Assembly: GCA_016722575.1 (NCBI GenBank)
Contig: JADKIY010000001.1
Span: 768,887-832,886 of the forward strand
Source: Elusimicrobiota bacterium
Lineage (GTDB): Bacteria > Elusimicrobiota > Elusimicrobia > FEN-1173
Length of the DNA stretch: 64,000 nucleotides
Direction of reading: 5' to 3'
The notes under the pieces were generated by a model. It ran no database searches. It saw nothing but the letters and a program-made list of their open reading frames with translations, and had not been told where the DNA came from. The translations under genes and the position numbers were made by a program. Positions 1 to 9,971 of the stretch are shown here, piece by piece (the first letter of the stretch is position 1; each line of letters begins with the position of its first letter).

Positions 1-1
1 G

Positions 2-286
2 GCCGAACGGCTTGTCGTGGTCCACGCCGACGCCGTCGCCCAGGACGGCCGCGTCAGCCTGCGCCGCCTCCTGAGTTGGACGCGTTCCCAATGGGCGGGA
101 CGAACGGTGGGGACGGTTCAGATTTTCACCCGGGACCGCGACCGTATTTTGGACGACGTCCGCGGCCGCCTCGTGGATTGGATCCTCTATCTGATCGAAC
201 CCCTGGGGCTCCGGCGCCTGTCCTCGTCCCTGGAGGACGCGGCGGCCGAGGACCGCCTGCGCCGTTTCATCGCGTCGAACGCCTAA
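2..286 (+). CDS. 3' end of an unidentified protein; gene begins upstream of the window
   Basis: Open frame from the window edge to a stop at 284-286 (AERLVVVHADAVAQDG...RFIASNA). No recognisable motif. Confidence 0.3.
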   Translation, partial: AERLVVVHADAVAQDGRVSLRRLLSWTRSQWAGRTVGTVQIFTRDRDRILDDVRGRLVDWILYLIEPLGLRRLSSSLEDAAAEDRLRRFIASNA

Positions 287-336
287 GAATTCGCTAAAAT
301 GTTTTTCATCAACTTTTCTTCCAAAGGACATCTCCC

Positions 337-1410
337 ATGACCACCCACAACGTAACGCTCATTCCCGGCGACGGCACGGGGCCCGAAATCTCCGCCACGG
401 TTCAGAAAGTGTTGGACGCCACCGGCGTCAAAATCGCTTGGGACGTCGTGGAGGCCGGGGCCGATGTCGTCGAAAAATACGGCACCCCGCTCCCCGATAA
501 CGTGCTGGCCTCCATCCGGAAAAACAAAGTCGCCCTGAAAGGCCCCCTCACGACTCCCATCGGCACGGGGTTTCGCTCGGTCAACGTCGCCCTCCGAAAA
601 GAACTCGACCTCTACGCCTGCCTCCGCCCCTGCAAGTCCTACGCGGGCGTCCGGTCCCGCTACGAGAAGATCGACTTGGTCGTGGTTCGGGAGAACACCG
701 AAGATCTCTACGCCGGGGTCGAATACGAGGCCGGAACGAAGGAAGCGAAGGAAATCATCGGCTGGGCCAAAGGAAAAATTTTTCCCGACGCCGCCATCTC
801 CATCAAGCCCATCTCCCGCACGGGCACCGAACGGATCGTGAAATTCGCCTTCGACTACGCCGTGGCCCACAAACGGCGGAAAGTCACCGCCGTGACCAAG
901 GCCAACATCATGAAGTACACCGACGGCCTCTTCTTCCAGGTCGCCCAGGAAGTCGCCAAAAAATACCCCGGCATCGAATACGAGGAACGGCTGATCGACA
1001 ACATGTGCATGCAGTTGGTGCAAAAGCCCGAGCTCTACGACGTGATCTGCCTGCCGAACCTCTACGGCGACATCCTCTCGGACCTCTGCGCCGGCTTGAT
1101 CGGCGGCCTGGGCATCGCCCCGGGCGCCAATCACGGCAAGGACATCGCGCTTTTTGAGGCGGTCCACGGCTCCGCCCCCAAATACAAGGGGATGAACAAG
1201 GTGAACCCCACGGCCGTCCTGCTCTCCGGCGTTTTGATGCTGGAGCACCTGGGCGAAAAAGCCGCGGCGCAGAAACTCGAAGCCGCCATCGCCGCCGTGA
1301 TCGCCGAAGGAAAGTCGGTGACCTACGATCTCAAGCCCCAACCCACCGATCCCACCGCCGTCGGTACGAGCCAAATGGGCGATGCCATCATTCGGGCCAT
1401 GAAGAAATGA
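337..1410 (+). CDS. Isocitrate/isopropylmalate dehydrogenase family enzyme, most like NAD-dependent isocitrate dehydrogenase
   Basis: 357 aa. N-terminal [13 protein letters not shown] is the dinucleotide-binding motif of the family; also GSAPKYKG and [13 protein letters not shown] at 337 follows AAAGGA. Confidence 0.8.
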   Translation: MTTHNVTLIPGDGTGPEISATVQKVLDATGVKIAWDVVEAGADVVEKYGTPLPDNVLASIRKNKVALKGPLTTPIGTGFRSVNVALRKELDLYACLRPCKSYAGVRSRYEKIDLVVVRENTEDLYAGVEYEAGTKEAKEIIGWAKGKIFPDAAISIKPISRTGTERIVKFAFDYAVAHKRRKVTAVTKANIMKYTDGLFFQVAQEVAKKYPGIEYEERLIDNMCMQLVQKPELYDVICLPNLYGDILSDLCAGLIGGLGIAPGANHGKDIALFEAVHGSAPKYKGMNKVNPTAVLLSGVLMLEHLGEKAAAQKLEAAIAAVIAEGKSVTYDLKPQPTDPTAVGTSQMGDAIIRAMKK

Positions 1411-2929
1411 CCCGGGCCGCCGGGGTCCTCCCGGGTCGATCAACGCGGCGCTTCGCAATCGTTCGGGGCGCGTTCCTCGCCGGAATTGTCTGTTGGACGG
1501 CGGGGCGCCTTTGGGCGTTGCAGGACGGACAAGCCGCCTTTGATCTGTTGGGTCAGGTGGACGTATCCGGAGCCCCCGTTTTTACCCAAAGCGGGATCAA
1601 CAACAGTCAAGGGCCACGCCGAACGCCCGCGGGTTTCGGCTCGCGGCCGGACTGGCGTTGGATCCGGTCGCCCACCGTTTGTTCGTGAGCGACGCCCAAA
1701 ATCATCGGGTGCTCGTTTTTAACCTGAACGCGGAAAACGGTCTGGAAGATCGGACCGCCGACGTTGTTTTGGGGCAACCGAACTTCTCGGCGAACGCCTC
1801 CGGGAACACCGCGCATTCGATGAGCGGTCCGTGGGCCGTGGCGGTCGATTCCTCCCGGGAACGGCTCTACGTGGCCGACGCCGGCAACAATCGGGTGTTG
1901 GTGTTCAACGTGTCATCGCCGACAAACGGGATGGACGCGACGGCCGTGCTGGGACAGACGGGGTTCGGACTGTCGGGGGCCACTCGAACCGTCGATGGGA
2001 TGTCGGATCCCGAGGGCTTGGCGTACGACGCGGACGGACGTCGTTTGTTCGTCGGCGATGTCGGCAACCGCCGTGTTCTCGTTTTCGACCTGGCCGCGGT
2101 GGCCACCGGCCTTTCGGCGGCGGCCGTTTTGGGGCAATCGGATTTCGTTTCCTACACGAGCGCCGCCGATCAAGGGCATTTCGTCGCCCCGTACGGCTTG
2201 AGCTACGATTCCAAATCTCGACGATTGTTCGTTTCGGACTCGGTGGCCCACCGAATTCTGGTGTTCGACGCGGCGTCCGTGGTCAATGGGGAACCGGCCG
2301 TGGGGGTTCTGGGTCAGGCCACTTTTGCTGGGACTTCGCCCGGAGGCCCCAACCGGAATCGATTCAACAACCCCCTGGGAACGGCTTTCGACCCCGCCAG
2401 CGGTTCCCTGTTTGTCGTGGACGAAGTCAACGCGCGTGTCCTCGTCTTTGACGTTAACCGTTTGGACGATGGCGAAGACGCCGTGGGCGTCCTGGGTCAG
2501 CCGGATTTCCTTACGTCGAATTTGGCCACCTCCGCGGCGGGGGTCAGCGACCCCGTGTCTTGCTTTTTTGATGTTTCCTCCCGGCGGCTCTGGGTGGGGG
2601 AGGGTTCTCCGAACTGTCGGGTCGTCGTGCACCAGGTTTTTCCGTTCCCCTCCTACGCGGGCCCCGCGACGGTGCGGGCGTATCCCAACCCTTTTCGGTC
2701 AACGGCGGGAAATTCGTCCGTGACCATCGATCGATTGCCGGCGGGGGCTGCGGTGAAAATCCATGCCCTGGATGGACGGGAGGTCCGAGAATTGATGGCC
2801 GACGCCTTCGGTTCTTTAACCTGGGACGCCAAGGACGCCGGGGGGACCTCGGTGCCGAGCGGCGTGTATTGCGGGTTGGCGACGTCGGGCGGGGACACGA
2901 AGACCTTTAAAATCGTGATTCAGCGGTGA
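1407..2929 (+). CDS. Secreted NHL-repeat protein with a T9SS-type (Por_Secre_tail-like) C-terminal domain; apparent frameshift near 1640-1650
   Basis: ATG 1407 overlaps the upstream stop (ATGA). Frame 3 encodes a signal peptide ([22 protein letters not shown]) plus a first repeat ([13 protein letters not shown]). Frame 2 then runs from ~1650 to 2929 with five repeats of VLGQ..F...(~20)...RLFV[SAG]D and a C-terminal ...[14 protein letters not shown]...SGVYCGL...FKIVIQR tail. A single extra G in the GG run at ~1646-1650 would fuse the two frames. Confidence 0.6.
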
Positions 2930-2958
2930 GGAGAATTCCCTTGAATGAAGCCGGAACA

Positions 2959-3861
2959 ATGAGAAAACTTTTTTTAGCGACGATCGGGATGGTCCTCGGG
3001 GTGGGAGGGGCCTTCGCCGGGGACGGAAGTTCGACGGCGGGGTTTTTAAACCTGCCCTCCTCGAGTCGGCTGGCGGGGTTGGGGGAAGCGGGGCTGGCGT
3101 TGGTCGACGGATCCCAAGGCCTTGGCGTGAACCCGGCGAGTTTGGGGCGGTTTAAGGGGCAGGGAGTGGGTTTGACCCACGGGATCTACGTGGACGAAAG
3201 CGCCCTGGAAGACCTGACCTACGCCCGGGCGACGAAGGCGGGGGCGTTCGGGGTGGGGGTTCGGTATTTTTCGGCGGGGAAGATCGACGAATTGGACACG
3301 ACGGGGGCGACGGTGGGGAGCTTTACGCCAAGCGACTTGGCCCTGACGGCGGGGTATGGCCGTGCGCTGAAGTATTTGAAAGTGGGCGGGGCCGTGAAAT
3401 ACATTCGGTCGAAGCTGGTGGACAGCGCGAGCACGATCACCCTGGACCTGGGGATCGAGTCCAGGCCCCTGCTGCAAAAGAAACTGCGGCTGGCGCTGGT
3501 GGGACAGAACCTCATTGGGAGTTTGAAGTATGAGACGGAGAAAAGCGACCTGCCGCGGATGATCCGCGCGGGCGGGACGTACAGCGTGAAGGACCCCTGG
3601 GACGTGGCGTTGGATTTTGGATTTCCCAAGGACGGGGACACCGAATGGTCCCTGGGGACGGAGTATCGATTAAGAATGGCCGAGCCCTGGGGCGTGGCCC
3701 TCCGGACCGGCTACAACAGCCGCCGTGCCGACGTGAGCGGGGGGGAAGGATTCGCCTTGGGTTTGGGCGTTAAACGGAACAAAATGACGGTGGACTACGC
3801 CTACGTGCCCTTCGGCGACATCGGATCGACCCATTGGATTACGATCGGGTGGGCCTGGTGA
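2959..3861 (+). CDS. PorV-like / UPF0164-type outer-membrane beta-barrel protein
   Basis: Signal peptide MRKLFLATIGMVLGVGGAFAG, then GFLNLPSSSRLAGLGEAGLALVDGSQGLGVNPASL, typical of the PorV/LptO family. Ends with aromatic-rich beta-strand pattern. Sits directly after a CTD-bearing cargo gene. An alternative ATG at 2926 is in frame. Confidence 0.5.
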   Translation: MRKLFLATIGMVLGVGGAFAGDGSSTAGFLNLPSSSRLAGLGEAGLALVDGSQGLGVNPASLGRFKGQGVGLTHGIYVDESALEDLTYARATKAGAFGVGVRYFSAGKIDELDTTGATVGSFTPSDLALTAGYGRALKYLKVGGAVKYIRSKLVDSASTITLDLGIESRPLLQKKLRLALVGQNLIGSLKYETEKSDLPRMIRAGGTYSVKDPWDVALDFGFPKDGDTEWSLGTEYRLRMAEPWGVALRTGYNSRRADVSGGEGFALGLGVKRNKMTVDYAYVPFGDIGSTHWITIGWAW

Positions 3862-4328
3862 GCGCGGAACTGTCCTGCGTCATCGTCAAGCCCGACGGGG
3901 TGGGGAAAGCCCTGGTGGGGAAGATATTGGGCCGGCTGGAGGAGGAAGGGTTTCGCCTGTTGGCGGTCCGAATGGTTCGTCCCACGGTGCCGACCATGTC
4001 CGAATTCTACGCCGAACATCGCGGGAAACCTTTTTACGACGGTTTGATGAAGTTTATGACCTCGGGGCCCTTCGTAGTCACGGCGTGGACGGGGGAGAAC
4101 GCCATCGCCCGCATTCGGGCCCTGGTGGGCGCCACGGACCCCCGAAAAGCCGCGCCGGGAACCCTTCGGGCGACCTGGGGAACGGACAATCGCCGAAATT
4201 TGATCCACGCCTCGGACTCCCCCGCCAGCGGCCAGCGGGAAACGGCGCTCTTTTTCACCCCCGCCGAATTGGCCCCCTACGACCCCCAACGCTGGGCCGC
4301 CGAGGACATGGCGCCACCGAAAATTTAA
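3834..4328 (+). CDS. ndk: Nucleoside diphosphate kinase
   Basis: IVKPDGV...GFRLLAVRMV...NLIHASDS motifs. Start uncertain: ATG 3834 or GTG 3858. Confidence 0.9.
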   Translation: MDYDRVGLVSAELSCVIVKPDGVGKALVGKILGRLEEEGFRLLAVRMVRPTVPTMSEFYAEHRGKPFYDGLMKFMTSGPFVVTAWTGENAIARIRALVGATDPRKAAPGTLRATWGTDNRRNLIHASDSPASGQRETALFFTPAELAPYDPQRWAAEDMAPPKI

Positions 4329-4861
4329 ACCGACACCACCTGAATCTTGGGGTCCACCATCCGCTGGAGAAGGTTTTGGATGGCGTAAAGGGTTCCCGAG
4401 GTCGCGCTGGCGCAGCTTCCGCAGGCCCCCTGGTAGTGCACCGTCAACACGTTGTCCGAAAATTCCAACACTTCCAACCCCCCGCCGTCTCCGGCCAAGG
4501 CCGGGCGCACGTTCTCATCGATCACCGCGTTGATGAGGGCCAGTTTTTCGTCCGTGGAGCCCGTTGCCGCGGCCGCGCCCTCGGCGACGGTCGGCGCCGC
4601 GGTGGTTTCGATGGCGGCCACGAGCCGGGGTTTGATCAAGGGCCAGTCGGCGTCCGGAAATTTGGTGATCGTGACGAACCGGTCCATGACGAACACCGAG
4701 GCCACGGGGCCCGAGGCGAAAATCGCTTCGGCCAAGGGGTGGCCCTTGGCGGTGTCGGTCGATTCAAAGGACAGCGCGCCTTTGGCGACCAACGCGGCGT
4801 CGGTGATGAATTTGAGTGAATCGGGGTTGGGGGTGGCTTGGGTTTCAATCACGTGAACCAT
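4325..4861 (-). CDS. nfuA: Nfu/NifU-type Fe-S cluster scaffold protein (N-terminal Nfu domain + C-terminal NifU domain)
   Basis: MVHVIETQATPNPDSLKF... and C-terminal HYQGACGSCASATSGT (CxxC). ATG at 4861 is preceded by GGAG. The six-frame ORF runs to 5038 but the upstream 59 aa look non-coding. Confidence 0.8.
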   Translation of the reverse strand: MVHVIETQATPNPDSLKFITDAALVAKGALSFESTDTAKGHPLAEAIFASGPVASVFVMDRFVTITKFPDADWPLIKPRLVAAIETTAAPTVAEGAAAATGSTDEKLALINAVIDENVRPALAGDGGGLEVLEFSDNVLTVHYQGACGSCASATSGTLYAIQNLLQRMVDPKIQVVSV

Positions 4862-4932
4862 GGAGTTCTCCTTTTTTCCGTCGGTGAATTGTACCTTTTT
4901 TGTCGGCGGCGGTCCAGAACCCGGGAAAACCC

Positions 4933-4960
4933 TTGACACGGATCGTCGGGCGTGTATAAT
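4933..4960 (+). promoter_or_regulatory. Consensus sigma70-type promoter upstream of rho (TTGACA-N16-TATAAT)
   Basis: TTGACA at 4933-4938 and a perfect TATAAT at 4955-4960. The ~150-nt leader runs to the rho ATG at 5114 (RBS AAGGAG). Confidence 0.45.
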
Positions 4961-5113
4961 GAGTGCGGAAAAACCCACCGAGATGCTCTTCCCAATTCCG
5001 TTGTCCATCCCGAGGTGAACATCCCCAACGGCGCGCACGGCGCGACCGCGGGTTTTTCCGCTGTTTCATCTTAAAACACAGTCGCCCCATCCCCCAACTC
5101 TAAGGAGCGCTTC

Positions 5114-6445
5114 ATGGAGTCACACACCCACACCCCCCATCCCCACCCGGCGTCCGCCGGCGGGACCCACAAGCCCCTGAACGCCGAGGCCCTGACCAAG
5201 GCGTCCATGTCCGAAATCATCAAGATCGGCGAGGATTTGAAAATCCCCGCCGTCGCCGGCATGCGGAAACAGGAGGCCATCGCGCGCATTCTGGAAGCCC
5301 AGGCCCGGGATTCCAACAACGGCGCGATCGTGAAGGGCGGCGTGTTGGAAGTGCTTCAAGACGGTTTCGGTTTTTTGCGGAGCCCCGACTACAATTACCT
5401 GCCGGGTCCGGACGATATTTATATTTCGCCCAGCCAGATCAAGAAGTTCGGCCTGCGCAAGGGCGACACCGTCACCGGCCAGGTCCGACCGCCCAAGGAC
5501 CAGGAGCGCTTTTTCGCCTTGTTGCAGGTCCAGACCATCAACGGCGAGCCCGTCGAGAAAGCCATTCACCGGCCTCTCTTCGACAATCTGACGCCCCTTT
5601 ACCCCCAAAACCGGATCAACCTGGAAACCAAAAAAGACGAGATCAACACCCGGATTCTGAACCTCGTGACGCCCATCGGCAAAGGCCAGCGCGCGTTGAT
5701 CGTCGCCCCGCCCCGGACCGGCAAGACGATCTTTCTTCAGAAGATCGCCAACTCCATCACGGAGAACCACCCCGAAATCGACCTGATCGTCCTGTTGATC
5801 GACGAACGCCCCGAAGAAGTCACCGACATGCAGCGGAGCGTGAAGGGCGAGGTCATCAGCTCGACCTTCGACGAACCCCAGGACCGCCACGTGCAGGTGG
5901 CCGAGATGGTGTTGGAAAAAGCCCGCCGGCAGGTGGAGTGCGGCAAGGACGTTTTGATCCTGCTGGACTCGATCACCCGGCTGGCCCGGGCCTACAACTC
6001 GGTCACCCCGAGTTCCGGCCGCGTGCTGTCGGGCGGCATCGACGCCAACACCATGGAGCGGCCGAAGCGGTTCTTCGGCGCCGCCCGGAACATCGAAGAG
6101 GGCGGGTCGCTCACCATCATCGCCACCGCGCTGGTCGAAACCAACAGCCGGATGGACGACGTGATCTTTGAAGAATTCAAAGGCCGTGGGAACATGGAAG
6201 TTTATTTGGACCGGAAACTGGCCGACCGCCGCGTGTTTCCCGCCATCGACATCCACCGGTCGGGCACCCGGAAAGAAGAATTGCTCCTTTCCCCGGACGA
6301 GCTCAATAAAGTGTGGATTCTCCGCAAAGTGCTCTCCAGCCTCTCGCCGGTGGACGCCATGGAACTCCTCATCGACAAGGTGGGGGCGACGAAGTCCAAC
6401 AAGGATTTCCTGCGGTCCATGGAACTGTCCAGCATGGAGAAATAA
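5114..6445 (+). CDS. rho: Transcription termination factor Rho
   Basis: 443 aa. N-terminal RNA-binding domain ([18 protein letters not shown]), Walker A (APPRTGKT), and a Q/R-loop region. His-rich N-terminal extension. Confidence 0.95.
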   Translation: MESHTHTPHPHPASAGGTHKPLNAEALTKASMSEIIKIGEDLKIPAVAGMRKQEAIARILEAQARDSNNGAIVKGGVLEVLQDGFGFLRSPDYNYLPGPDDIYISPSQIKKFGLRKGDTVTGQVRPPKDQERFFALLQVQTINGEPVEKAIHRPLFDNLTPLYPQNRINLETKKDEINTRILNLVTPIGKGQRALIVAPPRTGKTIFLQKIANSITENHPEIDLIVLLIDERPEEVTDMQRSVKGEVISSTFDEPQDRHVQVAEMVLEKARRQVECGKDVLILLDSITRLARAYNSVTPSSGRVLSGGIDANTMERPKRFFGAARNIEEGGSLTIIATALVETNSRMDDVIFEEFKGRGNMEVYLDRKLADRRVFPAIDIHRSGTRKEELLLSPDELNKVWILRKVLSSLSPVDAMELLIDKVGATKSNKDFLRSMELSSMEK

Positions 6446-6531
6446 GCGAGAACACGGCCGGTTTCGGCGGTCCCGGCCCCCCGATTTCCGTTGTAATTTT
6501 TCGAAATTCGGGGTATCCTTAACGAGAGCTT

Positions 6532-7476
6532 ATGCGTCGACAAACCGATGTCCTGGTGGGAGGCATTTTCGCGGCCGCGGCGCTGGTGGTCACCCTGGCG
6601 CCGGTGGGCGGAGCGTCGTTTCAATTCAGCGCGGGCGAATCTCCGGCGTTCTCGGAATCCTACCTGCTGACCGTGGCGCGCGGGCCCGCCGGGCCCTCCC
6701 CGGAAACCTTTCAAACCTTAAGCGATATGGGTCGCGTGGTCGTCGGCCAGTACGAAGTCCGGCCCCAGGACACTCTCGCGAGCATCGCCGCCACCTACGG
6801 TTCAACGGCGGACTACCTCCGAAGCACCAACCATTTGGAATCCACCAAGCTCCCGCCCGGCAAAACCCTGCTGGTTCACAGCGGCAAAGGCATGCTTTAT
6901 CAAGTCCGGGAGAAAAAAGGACGGCCCGAAAGCCTTCGGCAGATTGCCCAGCGTTACAATCGGTCGGCGGTGGAGATCGCCCGGGCCAATCGGCTTCCCG
7001 GGGTCGCCTTGCTCGGCGATTTCGAATTGGCGGACGGCAGCGTGCTTTTCTTGCCGGGAGTGCGCTTGCGATTCACCGATTACATGGTCCCGGTCGCCTG
7101 GGTTCCCGGTCGGCGTATGATTTCTTCCGGATTCGGCGTCCGCCGCCATCCGTTGCTCCGAACCCGGCGTTTCCACACGGGCCTCGACATGCCCCGCCCC
7201 TTCGGTTTTCCCGTCAAAGCCTCGCGGGAAGGCACCGTCATTTTTTGCGGGTGGCGGGGCGGCTACGGCAAACTCGTGATCATCAAACACCAGGGCGGTC
7301 TGCGCACCTGGTACGGCCATCTTTCCCAAATTGACGTCGCCGAGGGCCAGCGCGTGACCAAGGGCCACCCGGTGGGCCGGGTCGGCGCCACGGGGTTGGC
7401 CACGGGGCCCCACCTCCACTTCGAAGTGCGGGACCGTTTCGGCAATTCCCTCAACCCCAAAAAGTTCATTTTTTAG
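6532..7476 (+). CDS. LysM-domain M23 family metallopeptidase
   Basis: LysM-like segments ([17 protein letters not shown]; [20 protein letters not shown]). C-terminal M23 core: HTGLDM...[13 protein letters not shown]...[15 protein letters not shown]. Confidence 0.85.
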   Translation: MRRQTDVLVGGIFAAAALVVTLAPVGGASFQFSAGESPAFSESYLLTVARGPAGPSPETFQTLSDMGRVVVGQYEVRPQDTLASIAATYGSTADYLRSTNHLESTKLPPGKTLLVHSGKGMLYQVREKKGRPESLRQIAQRYNRSAVEIARANRLPGVALLGDFELADGSVLFLPGVRLRFTDYMVPVAWVPGRRMISSGFGVRRHPLLRTRRFHTGLDMPRPFGFPVKASREGTVIFCGWRGGYGKLVIIKHQGGLRTWYGHLSQIDVAEGQRVTKGHPVGRVGATGLATGPHLHFEVRDRFGNSLNPKKFIF

Positions 7477-7564
7477 GTATAATAAGCCATTCCCTGACGC
7501 CCCGCGGGGCTTTGCCCGCCGGGGCTTTTTGTTGGAAACACGTCTCCCCCATAGAGAGGTTGAA

Positions 7565-7924
7565 ATGAAAGAAGGCATTCACCCCAATTACAATACCGTC
7601 ACCGTGGCCTGCGCCTGCGGGAACAGCTTTGTGACGCGGTCCACCGCGTCCCAGATCCGTCTTGAAATTTGCTCCGCCTGCCACCCGTTCTACACGGGCC
7701 GGCAAAAACTCGTGGACACCGCCGGTCGCGTGGAGCGCTTTGAGAAGCGTTACGCCGCCACCGGGGGCAAGACGATCGTCCGCAAGCCCGCCGCCAAAAA
7801 AGCGGCCGCTCCGGCCCGTCCCGCGGCCAAAAAAGCCGACAAGGTCCTCCGCACCGCGCCCAAGGCCGGCGCCAACAAACCGAAACCCAAAAGCGAAAAA
7901 ACCGCCGTTAAGGCCGGTAAGTAG
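7565..7924 (+). CDS. rpmE: 50S ribosomal protein L31 with an unusually long Lys/Ala/Pro-rich C-terminal extension
   Basis: [22 protein letters not shown]...[13 protein letters not shown]...[10 protein letters not shown] matches L31 (CxxC...C..H zinc ribbon). Followed by ~50 aa [18 protein letters not shown]... RBS AGAGAGG upstream. Confidence 0.85.
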   Translation: MKEGIHPNYNTVTVACACGNSFVTRSTASQIRLEICSACHPFYTGRQKLVDTAGRVERFEKRYAATGGKTIVRKPAAKKAAAPARPAAKKADKVLRTAPKAGANKPKPKSEKTAVKAGK

Positions 7925-7971
7925 CTCTCCGTCCGTCGGCCGCCCCCGGTGACCGGGGCGGCCGGGGTCTC

Positions 7972-9042
7972 ATGAACCCCAAATTCCAACAACTGGTCGA
8001 GCGTTACGCCCAGGCGCAACACCGCCTGGCCGATCCCGCCTTTCAAGGCACGCCGGAGTACAACGCGTTGGCCCGGGAGTACAAGCGTTTGGAACCGGCC
8101 GCGGCCAAAGCGGCCGAGCTCCGCCGCGTGGAATCCGACATCGAAAAATCCCAACCGCTGCTCCAATCCAACGAAGCCGATCTCCGCGCCTTGGTGGAGG
8201 AAGAGCTTCTCACCCTGCGCGGCCGCGAAGCCGCGCTCACCCGCGAGCTGGAGGAATTCCTATTGCCCCGGGACCCCCAGGACGAACGCGACGTCATCGT
8301 GGAAATCCGGGCGGGCACCGGGGGGGACGAGGCCGCGCTCTTTGCCGGCGATCTCTACCGCATGTACACCCGTTACGCCGCCGACCGGGGCCTGGCGGTG
8401 GAGCCCTATTCGTCCAGCCCCACGGGGTTGGGGGGGTACAAGGAAATAATTTTCGGACTCCGCGGATTGGGCGCCTACGGACGATTCAAAAACGAAAGCG
8501 GCGTTCACCGGGTTCAGCGCGTGCCGGACACCGAAGCGTCGGGGCGGGTCCACACGTCGACCGCCACCGTGGCCGTTTTGCCGGAGGCCGACGACGTGGA
8601 CATACAAATCAACCCGGCGGACCTGCGCATCGACGTCTATCGCGCCTCGGGGGCGGGCGGCCAGCACGTGAACAAAACCGAATCCGCCGTCCGCATCACC
8701 CACCTGCCGACGGGCGTCGTCGTGGCTTGCCAGGACGAGCGGAGCCAAATGAAAAACCGGGCCAAGGCCTTCGCCATGCTTCGAACCAAATTGTACCAGG
8801 CGCAACAGGAACGCGTGGACGCCCAGCGCCGGGACCTGCGCCGCAGCCAAGTCGGGTCCGGGGAACGCACGGAGAAAATCCGCACCTACAATTTTCCCCA
8901 GGACCGGGTGACCGATCACCGCTTGAATCAGAATTTCCACAACCTGCCCCGCATTTTGGAGGGGGGCTTGGACGACATGTTCCAGGCTCTCGCCGAAGCG
9001 GAAAAGGCCCAGAAGCTGGCCGCCTTGGAAACGCCCCAATGA
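7972..9042 (+). CDS. prfA: Peptide chain release factor 1
   Basis: PxT-type RF1 region and GGQ motif (RASGAGGQHVNKTESAVRITHLPTG). Confidence 0.95.
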   Translation: MNPKFQQLVERYAQAQHRLADPAFQGTPEYNALAREYKRLEPAAAKAAELRRVESDIEKSQPLLQSNEADLRALVEEELLTLRGREAALTRELEEFLLPRDPQDERDVIVEIRAGTGGDEAALFAGDLYRMYTRYAADRGLAVEPYSSSPTGLGGYKEIIFGLRGLGAYGRFKNESGVHRVQRVPDTEASGRVHTSTATVAVLPEADDVDIQINPADLRIDVYRASGAGGQHVNKTESAVRITHLPTGVVVACQDERSQMKNRAKAFAMLRTKLYQAQQERVDAQRRDLRRSQVGSGERTEKIRTYNFPQDRVTDHRLNQNFHNLPRILEGGLDDMFQALAEAEKAQKLAALETPQ

Positions 9043-9971
9043 CGCCCACCATCGGCGACGGAATTAAGCGCGCGACCCAGCGATTGTCGGACCGGGGCGT
9101 TTCCAACGCCGAACGGGAGGCTTTGGAGCTTGTGGCCCGCGCCGCCGCCTTTTCCAAAGACACCCTGCCCGCCCGTCTTCGGGACCCCTTGAGCCCGGAG
9201 GCTTCCATTTTTCTTGATCAGTGGACGGTCCGCCGGGTCGCGGGCACCCCGCTGGCCCATTTGATCGGGGAATGGGATTTCCTGGATTTCACCGTCACCG
9301 TCACCCCGGACGTTCTCATCCCCCGGCCCGAGACCGAAGGTCTTTTTGACTGGGCCGTCCGCGCTAGCGGCAGTCCCAGATCGTCGGATGGGGCCGTCCG
9401 CGCTAGCGGCAGTCCCAGATCGTCGGATGGGGCCGTCCGCGCCCGGGACGCCGTTTCGGGGGCCAAAGGCCCGGCGCATTGGGTCGATTGCGGCACCGGC
9501 TCCGGGGTGTTGGCTCTGGCCGCGGCCCGGCAGTGGACCGATGCGCGGGTAACGGCCATCGATCTTTCGGCCGCGGCCCTGGCCGTGGCCCGGTGGAACG
9601 CCCGCCGATTGGGCGTGGAGAACCGAATTCAATTTCGACAGGGCGATCTCTTGGACGGGATCGACGACCAATCCGTGGACGGTCTCCTGGCGAATCTGCC
9701 CTACGTGGAAGACGGGGAATGGTCCGGCCTGGCCACCGAAGTCCGCCAGGAACCCCGGCGCGCCCTGTTGGGCGGCTCCGATGGGCTGGACGTGATTCGA
9801 CGCTTTGTTCCCCAGGCCGCCCGCGTTCTTCGTTCCGGCGGGGCGGTGTACCTGGAAGTGGGGCGAGGCCAAGCCGAGGCCGTGGCCGCGCTGTTGCGCG
9901 GCTCCTTCAGCGACGTGCGATTGGAGAAGGATTTCGCCGGCATCGACCGGTACGTGGGGGGCGTGCGATGA
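9039..9971 (+). CDS. prmC: Release-factor glutamine N5-methyltransferase PrmC/HemK
   Basis: ATG 9039 overlaps the prfA stop (ATGA). VDCGTGSGVLALAAA is the SAM-binding motif and NLPYV is the NPPY-type substrate motif. The six-frame ORF from 8727 is an antisense/overlap extension. Confidence 0.9.
   Translation: MTPTIGDGIKRATQRLSDRGVSNAEREALELVARAAAFSKDTLPARLRDPLSPEASIFLDQWTVRRVAGTPLAHLIGEWDFLDFTVTVTPDVLIPRPETEGLFDWAVRASGSPRSSDGAVRASGSPRSSDGAVRARDAVSGAKGPAHWVDCGTGSGVLALAAARQWTDARVTAIDLSAAALAVARWNARRLGVENRIQFRQGDLLDGIDDQSVDGLLANLPYVEDGEWSGLATEVRQEPRRALLGGSDGLDVIRRFVPQAARVLRSGGAVYLEVGRGQAEAVAALLRGSFSDVRLEKDFAGIDRYVGGVR
9352..9442 (+). repeat. 39-bp in-frame tandem repeat (~2.3 copies) inside prmC
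   Basis: gggccgtccgcgctagcggcagtcccagatcgtcggatg occurs twice in tandem plus a partial third copy. Encodes AVRASGSPRSSDG x2. Confidence 0.8.

Noticed and set aside
283-1458. 391-aa minus-strand ORF antisense to the isocitrate-dehydrogenase-family gene
   Set aside because: Gly/Arg/Asp-rich low-complexity translation typical of the antisense frame of a GC-rich gene; the sense gene has clear family motifs.
5120-6256. 378-aa minus-strand ORF antisense to rho
   Set aside because: Overlaps a confidently identified rho and has no motifs; an antisense artefact of high GC.
8260-9039. Minus-strand ORFs antisense to prfA/prmC, and the N-terminal extensions of the six-frame ORFs 8727-9971, 9479-11227 and 11056-12648
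   Set aside because: The real prmC, murA and mltD-like starts are set by overlap with upstream stops and conserved N-termini; the extensions read through the preceding gene in another frame.
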